From positions 323,351 through 387,350 of the forward strand of contig JAPDFW010000078.1 of NCBI GenBank assembly GCA_028826165.1: DNA of 64,000 nt. Direction: 5' to 3'. The notes below the pieces were generated by a model, which saw only the letters and a list, made by a program, of their open reading frames with translations, ran no database searches and was not told the DNA's origin. This document shows, one piece after another, positions 1 through 11,226 of this stretch (the stretch's first letter is position 1; each line of letters begins with the position of its first letter). Made by a program: the position numbers and the translations under genes. The stretch is from Anaeramoeba ignava BMAN. Lineage: Eukaryota > Protista > Anaeramoebae.

Positions 1-1811
1 ATATTATCTATTGTTCTTTCTTCTGAGAATTTAAATGATGCTCCGTCGTTGTATAGAATTAATGTTGGAAATCCTTCAATATCATTTTCGTGGCATAATT
101 TACTATTATTTTGGCAATTTACTTCTCCAAACAATATTTTATGGTTTTCAAATTTTTGTGCTAATTCTTCAAAAATTGGTTTTAACTTTTTTATACCAAC
201 CATTTATTAATAATTTTATTTATTTATTTAGAAATTTATTTATTTAGAAAATTATAATTTTATTTATAATTTAATTTATAATTTTATTTATAATTTAATT
301 TATAATTTTATTTATAATTTTATTTATAATTTAATTTATAATTTAATTTATAATTTTATTTATAATTTAATTTATAATTTAATTTATAATTTTATTTATA
401 ATTTTATTTATAATTTTATTTATAATTTAATTTATAATTTTATTTATAATTTTAATTTATAATTTTATTTATAATTTTAATTTATAATTTAATTTATAAT
501 TTAATTTATAATTTAATTTATAATTTTATTTATAATTTTTAATTTAATTTATAATTTAATTTATAATTTTATTTATAATTTAATTTATAATTTTATTTAT
601 AATTTTAATTTATAATTTAATTTATAATTTAATTTATAATTTAATTTATATTTTAATTTATAATTTAATTTATAATTTTAATTTATAATTTTATTTATAA
701 TTTTATTTATAATTTTTATTTATAATTTTAATTTTATAATTTTTATTTTTTATAATTTTAATTTATAATTTAATTTATAATTTTTATTTATAATTTTATT
801 TATAATTTAATTTATATTTTAATTTTATAATTTTTATTTATATTTTAATTTATAATTTTAATTTATAATTTTATTTATAATTTTATTTATAATTTTATTT
901 ATAATTTTATTTATAATTTAATTTATAATTTAATCTATATTTTTATTTATAATTTTATTTATAATTTTAATTTATAATTTAATTTATAATTTTATTTATA
1001 ATTTAATTTATAATTTAATTTATAATTTTAATTTAATTTATAAATTTATTTATAATTTTAATTTATAATTTTAATTTATAATTTAATTTATAATTTAATT
1101 TTAAATTTTTATTTATAATTTTTATTTATAATTTTAATTTATAATTTTATTTATAATTTAATTTATTATTTTTATTTATAATTTTATTTATAATTTAATT
1201 TATAATTTAATTTATATTTTATAATTTATAATTTTAATTTATAATTTAATTTATAATTTTATTTATATTTTTATTTATAATTTTATTTATAATTTAATTT
1301 ATTATTTTATTTATAATTTAATTTATAATTTTAATTATTATTTATATTTTAATTTAATTTATTATTTTATTTATAATTTTATTTATAATTTTATTTATAA
1401 TTTTATTTATAATTTTATTTATAATTTTATTTATAATTTTATTTATAATTTTATTTATAATTTTATTTATAATTTAATTTATAATTTTATTTATAATTTT
1501 ATTTATAATTTTATTTATAATTTTATTTATAATTTTATTTATAATTTTATTTATAAATTTATTTATAATTTTATTTATAATTTTATTTATAATTTAATTT
1601 ATATTTTATTTATAATTTTATTTATAATTTAATGCAATTTTACTTTTTGGCAATGAGGACACCAAGGAGCAAAAAATTTAACAAACCATAATGAATTATT
1701 TTCATAAACAATTTCTGAAAATGGTTTATTTGTTAAATCTATAATTTCTTTTTCTTTTGTTGAAATTAAAATTAAATTCAAAATTACAAAAATTAAAAAG
1801 AGTTTTTTCAT
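1..1811 (-). CDS. Protein disulfide isomerase / thioredoxin-family protein, 5' part (exon 1 1811-1644, exon 2 185-<1; continues off the window)
   Basis: Signal peptide, then WFVKFFAPWCPHCQK. GT donor at 1643 and AG acceptor at 187-186. Exon 2 continues in frame as LKPIFEELAQKFENHKILFGEVNCQNNSKLCHENDIEGFPTLILYNDG, completing a thioredoxin fold with CxxC and the GFPT cis-Pro motif. Confidence 0.92.
250..1630. repeat. Intronic ~12-nt (TTTATAATTTWA)n minisatellite filling PDI intron 1
   Basis: Directly visible tandem repeat inside the 186-1643 intron. Confidence 0.9.
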
Positions 1812-1889
1812 CCTTTTTGTTTTGAAAGAAAAAAGAAAAAAGAAAAAAGAAAAAAATGATTTGTTGGAAAAGAAAATTAATTTTGGATT

Positions 1890-4320
1890 CTAATTTTAAT
1901 TTTGATTTTGATTTTGATTTTGATTTTGATTTTGATTTTAATTTTGATTTTGATTTTGATTTGGATTCTAATTTTAATTTTAATTTTGATTTTGATTTTG
2001 ATTTTAATTTTGATTTTAATTTTGATTTTTTATTTTGATTTTATAGTTTTGATTTTTTAGATTTTAGATTTAGATTTGGATTTTGATTTTGATTTAGATT
2101 TAGATTTTATTTTTATTTTTATTTTTGATTTTGATTTTTGATTTTTTTTTGATTTAGTTTAGATTTAGATTTAGATTTTGATTTTGATTTTGATTTTGAT
2201 TTTGATTTTGATTTTGATTTTGATTTTGATTTTGATTTTTGATTTTATTTTTAATTTTAGTTTGATTTTTGATTTTTGATTTTTGATTTTGATTTTGATT
2301 TTGATTTTGATTTTGATTTTATATTTTTATTTTTGATTTTTATTTTGATTTTGATTTTGATTTTGATTTTGATTTTTGATTTTGATTTTAATTTTTTAAT
2401 TTTAATTTTGATTTTAATTTAATTTGATTTTATTTTTATTTTGATTTAGATTTTGATTTTATATTTTTGATTTTTAATTTTGATTTTGATTTTATTTTTG
2501 ATTTTGATTTTTGATTTTTATTTTGATTTTAATTTTTTTGATTTTGATTTTGATTTTGATTTTGATTTTATTTTTGATTTTTATTTTGATTTTGATTTTT
2601 ATTTTATTTTTGATTTTGATTTTATAATTTTGATTTTGATTTTATTTTTATTTTTAATTTTTATTTTAATTTGATTTTAATTTTGATTTTGATTTTGATT
2701 TTTAATTTTTGATTTTGAATTTTGATTTTTGATTTTTTTGATTTTGAATTTTGATTTGATTTTGATTTTGATTTTGATTTTTTGATTTTTATTTTTAATT
2801 TTGATTTTTGATTTTATTTATAATTTTATTTTTAATTTTGATTTTGATTTTGATTTTAATTTATAATTTTGATTTATAATTTTGATTTTGATTTTGATTT
2901 TGATTTATTTTTTTATTTTTTTTGATTTAATTTTTAATTTTATTTTTTGATTTTTATTTTTTTTTTATTTTTAATTTTGATTTTAATTTTATTTTTTATT
3001 TTTTTATTTTATTTTTGATTTTGATTTTGATTTAAGAGCAAAAATTTTTAACAAACCATGATTTTGATAAGATTTAGATTTTGATTTTGATTTTGATTTT
3101 TAATTTTGATTTTTTTTTTTTGAATTTAAATTTTCAATTTTGATTTAAATTTTGATTTTGATTTTGAAAAAAGAAAAACTTTGATTTTGATTTTTTGATT
3201 TTTGATTTTGAGTTTTGATTTTGATTTTGATTTTGATTTTGATTTTGATTTTGATTTTGATTTTGATTTAGATTTTGATTTTGATTTTGATTTTGATTTT
3301 GATTTTGATTTTGATTTTGATTTTGATTTTGATTTTGATTTTGATTTTGATTTTGATTTTGATTTTGATTTTGATTTAGATTTTGATTTTGATTTTGATT
3401 TTGATTTAGATTTAGATTTTGATTTTGATTTTGATTTTGATTTTGATTTTGATTTAGATTTTGATTTAGATTTTGATTTTGATTTTGATTTTGATTTTGA
3501 TTTTGATTTTGATTTTGATTTTGATTTTGATTTTGATTTTGATTTTGATTTAGATTTAGATTTTGATTTTAGATTTGATTTTGATTTTGATTTTGATTTT
3601 GATTTTGATTTTGATTTTGATTTTGATTTTTGATTTGATTTTGATTTAGATTTTGATTTTGATTTTGATTTTGATTTTGATTTAGATTTTGATTTTGATT
3701 TTGATTTTGATTTTGATTTTGATTTTGATTTTGATTTTGATTTTGATTTTGATTTTGATTTTGATTTTGATTTTGATTTTGATTTTGATTTTGATTTAGA
3801 TTTTGATTTTGATTTAGATTTAGATTTTGATTTTGATTTTGATTTTGATTTAGATTTTGATTTTGATTTAGATTTTGATTTTGATTTTGATTTTGGTTTT
3901 GATTTAGATTTTGATTTTGATTTTGATTTTGATTTTGATTTTGATTTTGATTTTGATTTTGATTTTGATTTTGATTTTGATTTTGATTTTGATTTTGATT
4001 TTGATTTTGATTTTGATTTTAATTTTGATTTTGATTTTGATTTTGATTTTGATTTTGATTTTGATTTTTAGATTTGATTTTGATTTAGATTTTGATTTTG
4101 ATTTTGATTTAGATTTAGATTTAGATTTTGATTTTGATTTTGATTTTGATTTTGATTTTGATTTTGATTTTGATTTTGATTTTGATTTTGATTTTGATTT
4201 TAGATTTTGATTTTGATTTTGATTTTGATTTTGATTTTGATTTTGATTTTGATTTTGATTTTGATTTTGATTTTGAATTTAGATTTAGATTTTGATTTAG
4301 ATTTAGATTTTGATTTTAAT
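1890..4320. repeat. (GATTTT/GATTTA)n hexamer microsatellite, ~2.4 kb, between the divergent PDI and RPS29 genes
   Basis: Directly visible. It produces the spurious DFDF/ILIL ORFs. Confidence 0.95.
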
Positions 4321-4568
4321 TTTCTAATAGATTTATGAAGGAATATTAGAGAATTAGAAAAGAAATTGAAGAAAAAAGAAAAAGGAAATTTTTTTTTAAT
4401 TTAATTTAATTTAATTTAAAATTTTTTTTTTTGTTTTTGGGGGCATAGTTAAAAAAATAAATTAATAAAAAAAAAAATAAATAAAAAAAAATTTTTTTTT
4501 AATTTTTTTTTTTCATTTTTTTTCATTTCAAAAAAAAAAATTATAAATTTTAAATAAATAATTTTAAA

Positions 4569-4919
4569 ATGGGTTCTATTTGGAGAAGTCATCCCAAAAA
4601 ATATGGAAAAGGAGGAAGAAGATGGTTTGCAAATAAAATTAAATAAATAAAATTTAATAAAAATAATAAAATTAAATAAAATTTAATAAAATTAAATAAA
4701 ATTAAATAAAAAATATATATTAAAATATAAAAGCCGAAGATGTGGAAATCATAGAGCAATTATTCGTAAATATGGTTTAGATATTTGCAGAAGATGCTTT
4801 CGTGAAAATGCTGCTTTAATTGGATTCAAAAAGGTTTATATTTTTTTATATTAAAAATTCTATTTAAATTAAAAATTCAAAAAAATTTTTTTTTATATTT
4901 CTTTTATTAGTATCGATAA
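4569..4919 (+). CDS. RPS29: 40S ribosomal protein S29 (uS14); exons 4569-4624, 4734-4833, 4911-4919
   Basis: Spliced translation [54 protein letters not shown] with a CxxC...CRxC zinc motif. Two GT-AG introns. Missed by the ORF track. Confidence 0.97.
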
Positions 4920-5179
4920 TTCAACCTCAACTCAAATATTACTATTCAAGAACTTCTTTTCTTGATTTTACTTGATTTTTTTTTTCAAATTCTTTTTTTT
5001 TTCAAAACCAAAATTTTTTTTACTTTTCAATGAAATTCTTTTTCTTTTTCTCAAATTAATTTAGAAAAATCAAAAAAATTTTTAAAAAATCAATAAATGA
5101 AATAAATTTAAAATTAAAATTAAAAAATAAAAATCATTTTTTTTTCTTTTCTTTTTTTTAAATTATAAACAAAAACAAA

Positions 5180-6859
5180 ATGGAAAGTGAAGTTTTTTTC
5201 TTTGGTCAAAATAAAGGTTTTCAAGTAAAAGAAAATGCAATGACGCCAACTAAACTAACACAATTTGATGAATACGGAATAACTCAAATTTCATCTGGAG
5301 ATTTCGGGACACTTTTAACAACTACAAATAATCAAGTTATATGGATATCTCGTTCTCTAAAAGACACTTTAAATCATTCAGTAATTCAAGTTTCTGTTGG
5401 TTTCTCAGTTGCAGCATTTTTAACCGAAAACGGAGAAGTTTTTGGAATTGGAAACCATTTGGGAGCAGAAAAAAATAAATTCATACCAATATCGCCAATG
5501 ATTAGCCTCGATAAAAACGAGACAATAACCCAGATTGCTTGCGGTGTTTACCAACTGTATTTGCTCACTTCCAAAGGAATTGCTTATGGAATGGGTGATA
5601 ACAGTTGCAAACAGCTCGCAACAGAAGATGTCACAAAACAAACTAAGCCCATCAAAATGATGGAGAATATCGAGTCCATTTATACAGGAAATTATTCTTT
5701 TAGCGCCTTTTTACTCACAAAAAACGACGAGCTGTTCGCTCTTGGTCAAAATAGCAGTTACCAACTCGGACTCGGTGATGATAACAACGACATCTACCCA
5801 CCACAATTGGTCAAAACAAGACCAGAAGGCGAAATTCGCCAGCTCGTGATCGGCTATGAACATTCCGTTATGGTTGTCGAACAAAAAGGAAAGGGACAAG
5901 CTTACGTTTCTGGTCAGCATTCTTACAACGGATTGGGCAAATCCGATAGCGCCAAATTATTCACTCATCTTTCATCACTTTCCAATTCCGATATAATTCA
6001 GATCGATGTCGGCTGCTTCCACACTCTCTTACTAACAGCAGAAAACGAAATTTTCGCATACGGAATTAATCCATACGGCCAGCTTGGTAATGGCAGCTTC
6101 TCAAGCACAGACATGCCAATCAAAATCGAAATTCCTGGCATTACTCAAGAACTGAGCAAATACAGAGTTGTTGCCGGATCTTTCCACAGCCTTGTTTATC
6201 TTCCTGTTCAAAAACTCACAACAATCCAGGAAGACTTCATCGAATTTCTCAATAACCAAGAGGCTTGCGATCTAACTCTCCAAGCACTTGATGGCTCCAT
6301 TGGAGTCCATCGGTTGATTTTGGAATTGCGAATAGGCAAAGAAAATATCCAAAATTTCCAATACTACATCAAATCCAAAAATTTAGCCGAAACAAACTCC
6401 ATTTTGAAGTTCATTTACGGCTGCCGTTTTTTGCAAAAAAAATTGATGAGAGAATTAACTGAAATTATCCCCAATCTCGCAATCACAAAAAAACAATTCA
6501 GTGAACAATTGACAAAACTGAAAAATGCAAATGAAAGCAAGGATTTTGTTGTGAAATTCGAAAATAATCATTTCCGCATTCATAAAACCATTTTATGGGC
6601 CCGCAGTTTATTATTTCGAGGAATGTTCCTGAATGTCAATGATTCTTCAAATGAAGTTTCAAACTATTGCGAAATTTCACTTGACGCTTTCAAGATTTTT
6701 CTCGATTATCTTTACACTGATGAAATTGACACACAAATCAAATTCACAAAGCAAATTGTAGAAGATTTAGCGAAAGCTATGGATTATTTCCAACTCAATG
6801 AATCAGAGCCAAATCTAGCAACAAAAGCTTTGCGAAAATTTGAAGAAAATAAAAAGTGA
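5180..6859 (+). CDS. RCC1-repeat beta-propeller plus C-terminal BTB/POZ domain(s) protein, 559 aa, intronless
   Basis: RCC1 motifs (QIACGVYQ, LFALGQNSSYQLGLG, VGCFHTLLLT, IFAYGINPYGQLGNG, VAGSFHSL). BTB motifs (FRIHKTILWARSLLFRGMF...AFKIFLDYLYTDEI). Confidence 0.92.
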   Translation: MESEVFFFGQNKGFQVKENAMTPTKLTQFDEYGITQISSGDFGTLLTTTNNQVIWISRSLKDTLNHSVIQVSVGFSVAAFLTENGEVFGIGNHLGAEKNKFIPISPMISLDKNETITQIACGVYQLYLLTSKGIAYGMGDNSCKQLATEDVTKQTKPIKMMENIESIYTGNYSFSAFLLTKNDELFALGQNSSYQLGLGDDNNDIYPPQLVKTRPEGEIRQLVIGYEHSVMVVEQKGKGQAYVSGQHSYNGLGKSDSAKLFTHLSSLSNSDIIQIDVGCFHTLLLTAENEIFAYGINPYGQLGNGSFSSTDMPIKIEIPGITQELSKYRVVAGSFHSLVYLPVQKLTTIQEDFIEFLNNQEACDLTLQALDGSIGVHRLILELRIGKENIQNFQYYIKSKNLAETNSILKFIYGCRFLQKKLMRELTEIIPNLAITKKQFSEQLTKLKNANESKDFVVKFENNHFRIHKTILWARSLLFRGMFLNVNDSSNEVSNYCEISLDAFKIFLDYLYTDEIDTQIKFTKQIVEDLAKAMDYFQLNESEPNLATKALRKFEENKK

Positions 6860-6986
6860 AAGTGATAGATTCTTCTTTTTTTTTTTTTTTAAAGAAATTG
6901 ATCAAACATTTTTTTTTTGCCTGAAAACATTTATTTTCTTTTTATTTTTGATTAAAAAAAAATTTTTTCAAATTTGATTTTTTCAT

Positions 6987-7469
6987 TTAATTTTTCAAAT
7001 TTGATTGTATTTCTTGTAATCTGGGAATAAATCTTGAATATGGCTTCGCCCATTCTTGAAGGAAATATTCCCGACTTTTATTAAATTTGTTAACACTTTC
7101 AGCAAAAAGCTCTTTTGTTGAAGGTTTTGCTTTTTTGGAAGTAGAAATGGAGACAAAATCATCCAGACTTTGTGCCGGAAATTGAGTCTTCAATTCTGAA
7201 ATCATTTTATGGAAATTTGGAGTATTTTCTGATGTTTGAGCCAAAGGCTCAGGAAGTTGTTTTTTTTTTGCTTCTTCAGACTCATTTGTTTGCGTTTTTA
7301 TTTCGAGATGTCTGTCTGGAGCTGCATAAAATGATAGTAATTGATATAAAGAAAGTGAGCGAATTTGCTCTTTCGACATTCTTTTTAATAATGGTTCCTT
7401 GAGAAGTGGGAAAGTAAAATGAATGTCTGTGTGTGGTTCTTTTTTGTGTGGAGATTTCTGTTCTGACAT
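6987..7469 (-). CDS. Hypothetical protein, 160 aa
   Basis: ATG-initiated ORF with coding-like GC content well above its flanks and an A/T-tract start context like the neighbouring genes. No recognisable domain. Confidence 0.65.
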   Translation of the reverse strand: MSEQKSPHKKEPHTDIHFTFPLLKEPLLKRMSKEQIRSLSLYQLLSFYAAPDRHLEIKTQTNESEEAKKKQLPEPLAQTSENTPNFHKMISELKTQFPAQSLDDFVSISTSKKAKPSTKELFAESVNKFNKSREYFLQEWAKPYSRFIPRLQEIQSNLKN

Positions 7470-7544
7470 TAAATAAAAAAAAAAATGAAAAAAATGAATT
7501 AAAAAATTTTTTATTTTTTTTTTAACGATTCAACAAAAGAAAAA

Positions 7545-10500
7545 TCAATAATAATTTTTAAAGAATTAATAATGGGATTATTTTAAAATATAATTTATAT
7601 TAATTTTATTTATCTAAACTTATTTAATTTAATTAAAAAATTAGATATAAATTTAATTCATTTTTTTCCTTTTTAAAATATAAATAAATAAATAATAATT
7701 TTAAAAGAATTAATAATAAATTTCTTTCTAAATATAATTTATATTAATTTTATTTATCTAAACTTATTTAATTTAATTAAAAAATTTAATATAAAATTAA
7801 TAAAATATTTGATTTATAAAATATAAATAAATCAATAATAATTTTTAAAGAATTAATAATAAAATTATTTCTAAATATAATTTATATTAATTTTATTTAT
7901 TTAAACTTATTTAATTTAATTAAAAAATTTAATATAAATTTAATTAATTTTTCCTTTATAAAATAATAAAGAAATAAATAATAATTTTTAAAAGAATTAA
8001 TAATAGAATTATTTCTAAATATAATTTATATTAATTTTATTTATCTAAACTTATTTAATTTAATTAAAAATTTAATATAAAATTAATTAATTTTTTCCTT
8101 TTTAAAATATAAATAAATCAATAATAATTTTTAAAGAATTAATAATAAAATTATTTCTAAATATAATTTATATTAATTTTATTTATTTAAACTTATTTAA
8201 TTTAATTAAAAATTAGATATAAAATTAATTAATTTTTTTCCTTTTTAAAATATTAAGAAATAAATAATAATTTTTAAAAGAATTAATAATAAATTTCTTT
8301 TTAAAATATAATTTATATTAATTTTATTTATCTAAACATATTTAATTTAATTAAAAATTAAATATAAAATTAATTCAAATTTGTTCCTTTTTAAAATATA
8401 AATAAATAAATAAATAATAATTTTAAAAGAATTAATAATGAAATTATTTCTAAATATAATTTATATTAATTTTATTTATCTAAACTTATTTAATTTAATT
8501 AAAAATTTAATAAAAATTAATTAATTTTGTTCCTTTTTAAAATAATAAGAAATAAATAATAATTTTAAAAGAATTAATAATAAAATTATTTCTAAATATA
8601 ATTTATATTAATTTTTATTTATCTAAATTTATTTAATTTAATTAAAAATTTAATATAAAATTAATTCAAATAGTTCCTTTTCAAAATATAAATAAATAAA
8701 TAATAATTTTAAAAGAATTAATAATAAAATTATTTTAAAATATAATTTATATTAATTTTATTTATTTAAACTTATTTAATTTAATTAAAAATTTAATATA
8801 AAATTAATAAAATATTTGATTTATAAAATATAAATAAATCAATAATAATTTTTAAAGAATTAATAATAAAATTATTTTAAAAATATAATTTTATATTAAT
8901 TTTATTTATTTAAACCTATTTAATTTAATTAAAAATTAAATAAAAATTAATTCAAATTGTTCCTTTTTAAAATATTAAGAAATAAATAATAATTTTAAAA
9001 GAATTAATAATGAAATTATTTTTAAAATATAATTTATATTAATTTTATTTATCTAAACTTATTTAATTTAATTAAAAATTAAATAAAAATTAATTCAAAT
9101 TGTTCCTTTTTAAAATATAAATAAATAAATAATAATTTTAAAAGAATTAATAATAAATTTATTTTAAAAATATAATTTTATATTAATTTTATTTATTTAA
9201 ATTTATTTAATTTAATTAAAAATTAAATAAAAATTAATTAATTTTTTCCTTTTAAAATAATAAGAAATAAATAATAATTTTAAAAGAATTAATAATAAAA
9301 TTAGATTTAAAATATAATTTATATTAATTTTATTTATTTAAATTTTATTTAATTTAATTAAAAATTAAATAAAAATTAATTCAAATTGTTCCTTTTTAAA
9401 AATATTAATAAATAAATAATAATTTTAAAAGAATTAATAATAAATTTTTCTTTCTAAATATAATTTATATTATTTTTATTTATCTAAACTTATTTAATTT
9501 AATTAAAAATTTAATAAAAATTTAATTCAAATTGTTCCTTTTCAAAATATAAATAAATAAATAATAATTTTAAAAGAATTAATAATAAAAATTATTTTAA
9601 AATATAATTTATATTAATTTTATTTATTTAAATTTTATTTAATTTAATTAAAAATTAAATAAAAATTAATTCAAATTGTTCCTTTTTAAAATATTAAAAT
9701 AAATAAATAATAATTTTAAAAGAATTAATAATAAAATTTCTTTCTAAATATAATTTATATTAATTTTATTTATTTAAACTTATTTAATTTAATTAAAAAT
9801 TAAATAAAAATTAATTAATTTTTCCTTTTTAAAATATTAAGAAATAAATAATAATTTTAAAAGAATTAATAATAAATTTCTTTTTAAATATAATTTATAT
9901 TAATTTTATTTATCTAAATCTATTTAATTTAATTAAAAAATTTAATATAAAATTAATTAATTTTTTCCTTTTTAAAATATAAATAAATAAATAATAATTT
10001 TTAAAAGAATTAATAATAAATTTATTTTTAAATATAATTTATATTAATTTTATTTATTTAAACTTATTTAATTTAATTAAAAATTAAATAAAAATTAATT
10101 AATTTTGTTCCTTTTTAAAATATAAATAAATAAATAATAATTTTTAAAAGAATTAATAATAAATTTCTTTTTAAATATAATTTATATTAATTTTATTTAT
10201 CTAAACTTATTTAATTTAATTAAAAAATTTAATAAAAATTAATTAATTTTTCCTTTTTAAAATAATAATAAATAAATAATAATTTTAAAAGAATTAATAA
10301 TAAATTTTTTTAAAAATATAATTTATATTAATTTTATTTATTTAAACCTATTTAGTTTAATTAAAAAATTTAATAAAAATTAATTAATTTTTTCCTTTTT
10401 AAAATATAAATAAATAAATAATAATTTTAAAAAGAATTAATAATAAATTTCTTTTTAAAATATAATTTATATTAATTTTATTTATTTAAACTTATTTAAT

Positions 10501-11165
10501 TTAATTAAAAAATTAGATATAAAATTAATTAATTTTTTCCTTTTTAAAATATTAAGAAATAAATAATAATTTTAAAAGAATTAATAATAAAATTATTTTT
10601 AAATATAATTTATATTAATTTTATTTATTTAAACTTATTTAATTTAATTAAAAATTTAATAAAAATTAATTAATTTTTTCCTTTTTAAAATATTAATAAA
10701 TCAATAATAATTTTTAAAAGAATTAATAATAAATTTATTTTAAAATATAATTTATATTAATTTTATTTATTTAAACTTATTTAATTTAATTAAAAATTTA
10801 ATAAAAATTTAATTAATTTTTCCTTTTTAAAAATAATAATAAATAAATAATAATTTTTAAAGAATTAATAATGGAATTATTTTAAAATATAATTTATATT
10901 AATTTTATTTATCTAAACTTATTTAATTTAATTAAAAAATTTAATATAAAATTAATTAATTTTTTTCCTTTTTAAAATATAAATAAATAAATAATAATTT
11001 TAAAAGAATTAATAATAAAATTATTTTTAAATTATAATTTATATTAATTTTATTTATTTAAACTTATTTAATTTAATTAAAAAATTAAATAAAAATTAAT
11101 TAATTTTTCCTTTTTAAAATAATAAGAAATAAATAATAATTTTAAAAGAATTAATAATAAAAATA
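7545..11165. repeat. AT-rich tandem satellite, ~144-bp unit, ~25 copies
   Basis: Recurring unit aataataattttaaaagaattaataat...atataatttatattaattttatttatctaaacttatttaatttaatt...ttcctttttaaaat at ~143-148 bp spacing. Confidence 0.92.
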
Positions 11166-11226
11166 GATTTAAATTAACTTTATTGAAAAAGATTTTAATT
11201 TCTTTATTATTTTTTTTAAATTGTTT

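Noticed and set aside
1856-4210. ORFs encoding DFDF/ILIL polymers
   Set aside because: They are translations of a stop-free (GATTTT)n microsatellite with no coding complexity.
1863-4329. GTTGGA...TAATAG bracketing the hexamer tract as a possible plus-strand intron
   Set aside because: Splicing yields only MIYL*, and the tract is T-rich on that strand unlike the verified introns. It cannot be supported without RNA data.
7545-11165. Satellite considered as a CRISPR-like array
   Set aside because: Whole units repeat with no unique spacers, there are no cas genes, and the context is eukaryotic.
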